Shown here piece after piece: positions 36,549-41,598 of a stretch of DNA of 41,598 nucleotides. Position 1 is the first letter of the stretch. Every line of letters starts with the position of its first letter. A model generated the notes under the pieces. That model saw only the letters and a list, made by a program, of their open reading frames with translations. It searched no databases and was not told the origin of the DNA. The translations under genes and the position numbers were made by a program. The stretch spans positions 1-41,598 of the IMG/VR virus record IMGVR_UViG_3300000948_000002; one strand, 5' to 3'. The stretch comes from a virus.

Positions 36549-37286
36549 TTAAGGTTTTAGTCCAATGGCCATCCAATCACACCCTGTCGCACTGCCAGCG
36601 TTTGACGAGAAAGCCCTGATTGTAAACTGTGTTGTAGTTTTAGATGAAGCAACTACTTGAGATGATCTAAGCGCATTCTCAAAAATATTCGCTGTAGTTA
36701 CTGAGTACGCTGTGTTCGCAAAAGGCTGAGGTAACGTAACTACCCCATCTGATGCTTGTGTACCCCACTGTATTCGAGTGTTACCAATGTCTTGATAATT
36801 CATCGTTGCTGTATTCGCCACAGTAGAACCGGACGAGACTGGAAAAAATTCTTCATGACCGTCGATAGTAACCTGAAGGTCTAGCACAGAAATTTCATCA
36901 ATTTCATTGGCTCTGTTGAATCGTATTTGGGTAGGCCCCTGTACGCTTATACTTACATCAGCATAAGGGTCTTCAGCTCCGTCGCCGTCTCTTGATGTTG
37001 CTTGCACCTGAACAATATTACCATCAGTGGGTATAGCACCCACAAAATCTACTGAGAAAGTGGCGTCTTGATAAACGAAAACCCTAACGTCAATGATAGC
37101 CTTGTCTGCAAACCTAGTTATAGTACCGTCCACAAAAGACACATGACCTATAGCTGGTACAGTCTCATTATACTCTAACGCTAAATTACTGGGGCCACTA
37201 GCCAGAGTAATTTGTGTAGCATCAAATACGGAAACAGCGGATTGTGTAACTAAAGGCTGATTTCTGCTAACTCTTTTAATACCCAT
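36549..37286 (-). CDS. Tail-fibre-like protein with a gp53-like C-terminal domain (245 aa)
   Basis: The C-terminus TTQFTIRAFSSNAGSATGCDWMAIG parallels the C-terminus of the 1265-aa fibre (GFTIASNAVAVDWIAIG). Confidence 0.5.
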   Translation of the reverse strand: MGIKRVSRNQPLVTQSAVSVFDATQITLASGPSNLALEYNETVPAIGHVSFVDGTITRFADKAIIDVRVFVYQDATFSVDFVGAIPTDGNIVQVQATSRDGDGAEDPYADVSISVQGPTQIRFNRANEIDEISVLDLQVTIDGHEEFFPVSSGSTVANTATMNYQDIGNTRIQWGTQASDGVVTLPQPFANTAYSVTTANIFENALRSSQVVASSKTTTQFTIRAFSSNAGSATGCDWMAIGLKP

Positions 37287-37720
37287 TATACATCCTTCCC
37301 TAATTTTTGAGGCGGCTTACTATCGTGTAGTGTCCACACACCGTCGTTCATTTCTTCGTCGTCTTCAATAGCTTCTACTACATGATCCGACTGGAACCAA
37401 AACATTGTATTCACCACCGCTGCGAACCACAACCACACTCTGTCCACTTTCGCAGTCCCCTGATTCATACGCTTCTTGGCATACCCTAAAGCCATCGAAA
37501 TAGTAATATCTGGATCTTGCCCCAAAGCTTTGGTAGCAAAGAACTGATCTACTGAAATGGCAATGTTGAAACCATATTGCTTTAGTTTCTTGTCTGATAT
37601 CAGCTTCCCTAAAAGGTACAGCATTGCAGCAAGGGCTAAGTTAAAAATAGCCCACAACAAGTCCGGTATTGTTAGTATTATCATCAATAATATTACTACG
37701 TATTTTCTAACTTTTCTCAT
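37286..37720 (-). CDS. Integral membrane protein (144 aa) within the fibre cluster
   Basis: It has two N-terminal TM segments (YVVILLMIILTIPDLLWAIFNLALAAMLYLLG) and a further hydrophobic segment VWLWFAAVVNTMFWF. The C-terminus is acidic. Confidence 0.5.
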   Translation of the reverse strand: MRKVRKYVVILLMIILTIPDLLWAIFNLALAAMLYLLGKLISDKKLKQYGFNIAISVDQFFATKALGQDPDITISMALGYAKKRMNQGTAKVDRVWLWFAAVVNTMFWFQSDHVVEAIEDDEEMNDGVWTLHDSKPPQKLGKDV

Positions 37721-37721
37721 A

Positions 37722-38369
37722 TTAATAGTTTAACCTCGACACCATGTAGTCCCTAACCGTTACACCCTGTGCATTAATTGGTATTGACAAATAAGTATAT
37801 GTTGTATTTTGAACATCAATACCCATAAGGTATGTTGACCAGTCCGATGTACCAAACTCAATAAATAGTTCACGCTCTTTATAACAGTCGTCCCAAAAAG
37901 GTGTGATGACCGAAATCACCTGTGGTAATGGAGCTTGTAATGCCTGCATGATTACACCCGATAAAAATGCCTTCATAGCACCGACAATCTTTTTCCTTGA
38001 TTTAATACGCTCGTCAATACACTCCGCACCTTCGTCGGGGTCTGTATGATCGTATACTTTATCTTTAATAACTATATCGGGGCCATTAGAGCCATCATTT
38101 TTTATATAGTTAATAATCTCTTTTCTAGTTTTCATTAAAGAGTTTTCATCGGTAAACTCAAAAGTCAATGTAGCCACTAATTCGTCATTGTAGTAGTAGC
38201 TATTCTTTTGCGGCCTGCCGTTGGGTGCGATAGTTGTTTTCTTACGTAACGCAATTTCTGGCTTAGTATGTCTTTTAAAATCTATTTCAGTAATGTCCGC
38301 AACGTCTTGATGAACATCTTTAAGAACCTCGTTAATTTTATAATTAATAGTATCGTTTTCGTTTGACAT
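37722..38369 (-). CDS. Hypothetical protein (215 aa)
   Basis: This is a track ORF. I recognise no motif. Confidence 0.5.
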   Translation of the reverse strand: MSNENDTINYKINEVLKDVHQDVADITEIDFKRHTKPEIALRKKTTIAPNGRPQKNSYYYNDELVATLTFEFTDENSLMKTRKEIINYIKNDGSNGPDIVIKDKVYDHTDPDEGAECIDERIKSRKKIVGAMKAFLSGVIMQALQAPLPQVISVITPFWDDCYKERELFIEFGTSDWSTYLMGIDVQNTTYTYLSIPINAQGVTVRDYMVSRLNY

Positions 38370-39031
38370 TATATTACCTCTAATATTCTTGAACCAGTGA
38401 AATACCTTGTGCCAGATAAGCTACCAACCTTTCTAATATACATACAAATATAACTATCTTGATCTAGCGTTACATCTAAATCAATTTTACCTCTAGTTAT
38501 GTTATTTTTTGCACCAACCGGCACACCCATGTCTGAGTAAAGACCGGAGAAAATAGTTTGTGTACTAACCTGTGTATCACTATTAAATCCTGAATTCCAA
38601 GCTTCAGGGTCGTTAGGATATTTAGCTACAAGCCTAATTTCTAAATCAGTTAATTGTGAGTTATTGCAACGTCCGGTTAATGTAAATGATTTAATCTGAG
38701 AACCGGCAGGGTAGTATTCGCCCATGTGCTCCCACTCATAAATAGGTTCGGAGCCTGTGCCTGCTTGTTCAAGAAATAAGACATACGCAGTTGAATAATT
38801 ATCATCGCAATCGGTTATCCAAGCACCATTTGAATACATATAATATCGACCAGTTACTCGGTCATATCTAGGCTCACTTGGTAAAGGGGTACCAGAATCA
38901 GAAACCTCTTTATCCAAAGCCGGTACCAAAGTTAAAGTGCCCTCTTCAACCAAATCATTGAATAATTCGGAGTCCTGTTCAACTAAAGTTATTAAACCTT
39001 GCTCGTCTTTAAACGCTCTAAAAATTGACAT
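38369..39031 (-). CDS. Hypothetical tail-associated protein (220 aa)
   Basis: This is a track ORF with a beta-rich C-terminal half. It is coupled to both neighbours. Confidence 0.45.
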   Translation of the reverse strand: MSIFRAFKDEQGLITLVEQDSELFNDLVEEGTLTLVPALDKEVSDSGTPLPSEPRYDRVTGRYYMYSNGAWITDCDDNYSTAYVLFLEQAGTGSEPIYEWEHMGEYYPAGSQIKSFTLTGRCNNSQLTDLEIRLVAKYPNDPEAWNSGFNSDTQVSTQTIFSGLYSDMGVPVGAKNNITRGKIDLDVTLDQDSYICMYIRKVGSLSGTRYFTGSRILEVI

Positions 39032-39033
39032 TA

Positions 39034-40077
39034 TTAAACCTCTAATCTTTTAATATACATTTCAGCCTCGTAAACCGTCGCCTCTTGGTTTGCAGTTTGA
39101 CCACGAAATTCTAAAGTAAATGAAGCTGTGCCGACCGGCAAAGTAAGTCTAACTAAACCTGATCTAGTGTCAAAGTTATCTGTGCCAGTGTTCGTAGTCC
39201 CACCAGTTGTGTTAGCCACATTTAAGCCTGTGCCAAAAGAATCTTTAGGCTCAACGTGGGTCGGCAAAAAGAATTGACCGTTAAATAAAACATGGGACTC
39301 AAAGTTAACGTTGGTTGCGTTTAGTGAGAACCTGTGTGACATAAGTAATAAATATTCACCTGCTACCGGTATGTTCGCAGTCAATGTTAAGTATTGTTCA
39401 AATGTTGCCGGCTGGTGTAGTAATGGGTCTGTTCTTGATACCGATGCCTCGAATGTTTCAAACAACTCGACACCTGTACCTGCCGCATTGGTTCTTAATT
39501 TAAAAAACCTATTACCGCCTGCATAAGCTGTAGTATCAACATCACCTAAATTTAAAAGTGTTGTCGCATGAGGGTTCGCTACGTCCGCAATGTGATTATT
39601 AATTGCTGTTGTGTTTGCTGATATATCTGTGTTTTGTGTGGTTTGTTCTGTTTGAATAGCAGAAATATCGGTGTCGTTCGACGAGATGTTAGTTGTGTTT
39701 GTAGCTATGTCTGTGTTTTGCGTAGTTTGTTCTGTTTGAATAGCAGAAATACTACTCATATTTGCGGCGGTTACTGCCGCATTCGCAACATGAGCTGCCA
39801 TGTTAGAGGCAATACCCGTATTTTGTGTGGTTTGTTCAGACTGAATAGCAGTTATATCACTCGAATTTTGTGACACTGTAGTGTTCGCAGTAATCGCCGC
39901 CTGTAGACCGCCTACGTTTGTTGCCGGTACATTACCAACCGCAACCCAATCTGTTACACCAGTGGTACCAACAGATACATAGGATATACCATTTAATTCA
40001 TCAACCCAGTGGTCGCCTGTCGCAAGTGGAGCCGCTGTCGGTGGCCCTTGAAATCTAGTTATATGACACCTAGCCAT
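39034..40077 (-). CDS. Tail fibre protein with triplicated I-S-A-I-Q-T-E-Q-T-T-Q-N-T-D-I motif and a C1q-like C-terminal domain (347 aa)
   Basis: The N-terminus is fibre-like (GDHWVDELNGISYVSVG). There are three repeat units. The C-terminal segment IPVAGEYLLLMSHRF is jelly-roll-like. Confidence 0.6.
   Translation of the reverse strand: MARCHITRFQGPPTAAPLATGDHWVDELNGISYVSVGTTGVTDWVAVGNVPATNVGGLQAAITANTTVSQNSSDITAIQSEQTTQNTGIASNMAAHVANAAVTAANMSSISAIQTEQTTQNTDIATNTTNISSNDTDISAIQTEQTTQNTDISANTTAINNHIADVANPHATTLLNLGDVDTTAYAGGNRFFKLRTNAAGTGVELFETFEASVSRTDPLLHQPATFEQYLTLTANIPVAGEYLLLMSHRFSLNATNVNFESHVLFNGQFFLPTHVEPKDSFGTGLNVANTTGGTTNTGTDNFDTRSGLVRLTLPVGTASFTLEFRGQTANQEATVYEAEMYIKRLEV
39616..39858 (-). 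repeat. Three in-frame coding repeats (about 57 nt each, spaced 102 and 84 nt start to start)
   Basis: The DNA core GTnTTTTGnGTnGTTTGTTCnGnnTGAATAGCAGnnATA is seen three times on the plus strand. The peptide units are DITAIQSEQTTQNTGIASN, SSISAIQTEQTTQNTDIATN and TDISAIQTEQTTQNTDISAN. Confidence 0.85.
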
Positions 40078-40321
40078 TACATTCCTCCAATAATACTACT
40101 TGCCCCGTCGTTTCATCGTGATCAAACAAAGGCGTACACTTATCAAATAAAGCATTCAAAAAGGGGTCGCCAGCGACAACCCCTCTAAGAACACTGTCAA
40201 CGTCAGTAAAACCAGATATAGCAGGCTCAACTCGAACATCTTTAGCATCGAGAACACGTTCAGTACCCTCGCAATCTTCGACGCCTTCAATCTCACCTAC
40301 TAAGTATTTTACTATCGCCAT
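40070..40321 (-). CDS. Hypothetical protein (83 aa)
   Basis: This is a track ORF whose 3' end overlaps the fibre gene start. Confidence 0.45.
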   Translation of the reverse strand: MAIVKYLVGEIEGVEDCEGTERVLDAKDVRVEPAISGFTDVDSVLRGVVAGDPFLNALFDKCTPLFDHDETTGQVVLLEECNG

Positions 40322-40332
40322 ATTTCAATTCC

Positions 40333-40830
40333 TTAGCTGTTAACTTTAATAAACCTAACATCTGTGTAAAGGTCAGTAGCATTTTTCGCTACTCCAATTT
40401 GCCATACTCTAGTGCCCGGAGCTGTTGGCTTTGTTGTTGTTAAAGCAGTACCGTCGTAGTAGTAAACGTCACCAGCCGTTGCGCCAGTTAGAACACCTTC
40501 TACACATGCATCGTTTGGTACTACACCTACAGTACCAGCAGCCGCTTCAGTTGAGCCAGCTACACCGATAACTCTAGTTGGCATTGTAATGTCTGCCGTA
40601 CCTACAGTATCGTCAGCATTGATTACTACTGGAAGACCAATAGTTACACCGTTTGCATCAACAGTAAACATAGCACTTGCATCTGGAATAAACGAAGGGT
40701 CTAGTTGTCCGTTTGCATCAAGTGTAATGAACTTACCTGCGTCGGCTGCGCCTGCACTCATTGAAACAGATAGGTCTGTGCATTCGTATTCGCAGTCCGC
40801 ATTTACAAATAATAGTTTTTGATTCGCCAT
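40333..40830 (-). CDS. Hypothetical beta-rich virion protein (165 aa), paralogue-like to 41180..41503
   Basis: Its C-terminal pattern VIGVAG....GV..G...GDVYYYDG..LTT......QIGVA parallels IIGKVIG...V.SG....GTVYLGASGESTT....IQRLGTS in the 41180..41503 ORF. Confidence 0.45.
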   Translation of the reverse strand: MANQKLLFVNADCEYECTDLSVSMSAGAADAGKFITLDANGQLDPSFIPDASAMFTVDANGVTIGLPVVINADDTVGTADITMPTRVIGVAGSTEAAAGTVGVVPNDACVEGVLTGATAGDVYYYDGTALTTTKPTAPGTRVWQIGVAKNATDLYTDVRFIKVNS

Positions 40831-40844
40831 AATAAAATTTTCCT

Positions 40845-41183
40845 CTAGTTTTGGTTTTCACCGTCGTTAATAAAAACCTCTAGCGTGTCAGGGTCGTAGG
40901 AAAATTCACCAGTAAAATCTAAACGGCTACGGATAGTATTCAGTAATTCTGATCGACTAGAAGCGTGGTTGTTTTTGGCTCGCTTCATATTGTCCATAGA
41001 CCGATCGAGTAGTTGCATCTCTTGTTTTTGCTCAACTTTTCGCAAGGCTAATTCTAATGTGATTCGTGCCATTTTATGTTTAATAACCTCGGCTTTTAGA
41101 TCACTAATCTGAATACGAAGTTGTTCAGGCTCCGTAAGCTTTAGAATTTTCTTGGTTTTTTTAGTTACTTTTTTACGCTTCAT
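40845..41183 (-). CDS. Hypothetical coiled-coil protein (112 aa)
   Basis: This is a track ORF with a basic N-terminus and heptad-like helical sequence. Confidence 0.45.
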   Translation of the reverse strand: MKRKKVTKKTKKILKLTEPEQLRIQISDLKAEVIKHKMARITLELALRKVEQKQEMQLLDRSMDNMKRAKNNHASSRSELLNTIRSRLDFTGEFSYDPDTLEVFINDGENQN

Positions 41184-41503
41184 TTTCGTACCACACGATG
41201 AATTTCTGGGTTGATAAGCATTTCACCGTTTCCGTAGCTCGTCCCAAGCCGTTGAATATAGCCGTCTTGGGGGCATATAGTAGTTGACTCACCACTAGCT
41301 CCCAAATAGACCGTTCCACGGGAAACATTATCAGGGGCAATACCAGAATGTACTACCTCACATGTAATTGGACTCGGCTTACCTATTACTTTACCTATAA
41401 TTGCTGAAGGGGGCTGAGAGTCTATAGCAGACAAAGCAAAGTTATTTTGTAGCTCACTATGATAAACCCAATCACCTATAGCGACCGTTGCCCCACAGTC
41501 CAT
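41180..41503 (-). CDS. Hypothetical virion protein; 3' portion of the wrap-around CDS (open upstream through 41598 and into 101..197)
   Basis: The track ORF starts at ATG 41503. The same frame has no stop upstream to the window end, and after circular closure it continues to TTG 197. Confidence 0.55.
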   Translation of the reverse strand: MDCGATVAIGDWVYHSELQNNFALSAIDSQPPSAIIGKVIGKPSPITCEVVHSGIAPDNVSRGTVYLGASGESTTICPQDGYIQRLGTSYGNGEMLINPEIHRVVRK

Positions 41504-41598
41504 TATTCTTGATATAAAACTAACATTCGAAGGTACCGCAGCTTGGTTAATTACAACATTTCTATTTACTGTAGTACCACCGCCTTCACCATTGCCAG
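41499..41598. repeat. Terminal direct repeat, copy 2 (identical to 1..100)
   Basis: It shows 100/100 identity with the first 100 nt. Confidence 0.95.

Noticed and set aside
39616-39858. Regularly spaced repeats considered as a possible CRISPR-like array
   Set aside because: They are in frame within a fibre gene, encode a repeated peptide motif and have unequal spacing. No cas genes are present.

Overview
The window is a complete, circularly closed tailed-phage genome. Nt 1-100 repeat exactly at 41499-41598, so the unique length is 41498 bp. Gene content is podovirus-like (T7-supergroup style), but I see no phage RNA polymerase, integrase, tape measure, tail tube or sheath gene. A long minus-strand late arm runs from 16335 down to 198 and continues across the junction from 41598 down to 30563. 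It encodes small and large terminase, portal, scaffold, major capsid, several tail-fibre-like proteins, an embedded holin/spanin/M15-endolysin cassette, a T7 gp12-like nozzle candidate and a run of presumed internal or ejected proteins. A plus-strand arm (22237-30562) encodes many tiny early proteins, an SNF2 helicase, a gp2.5-like SSB candidate, a family A DNA polymerase with an intact 3'-5' exonuclease, and a VRR-NUC nuclease. An AEP-primase/SF3-helicase gene lies on the minus strand (19341-22046). Between the arms is a 3-kb accessory segment (16336-19340): two unusually large non-coding tracts flank six tiny early ORFs and carry GGACAC-type iterons around an AT-rich tract, a candidate origin. 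The main oddities are as follows. (1) The polymerase Exo I motif lies upstream of any canonical start codon, in an overlap with the preceding ORF that contains two A6 runs. (2) A GNAT-like, cupin-like and Gly-zipper trio sits inside the virion-protein module. (3) A 1265-aa fibre is built from six C1q/TNF-like domains as a 2x3 duplication. (4) One gene crosses the window junction and directly abuts the nozzle gene stop in the same frame. All functional calls come from motifs read by eye and from gene order; no database search was possible.
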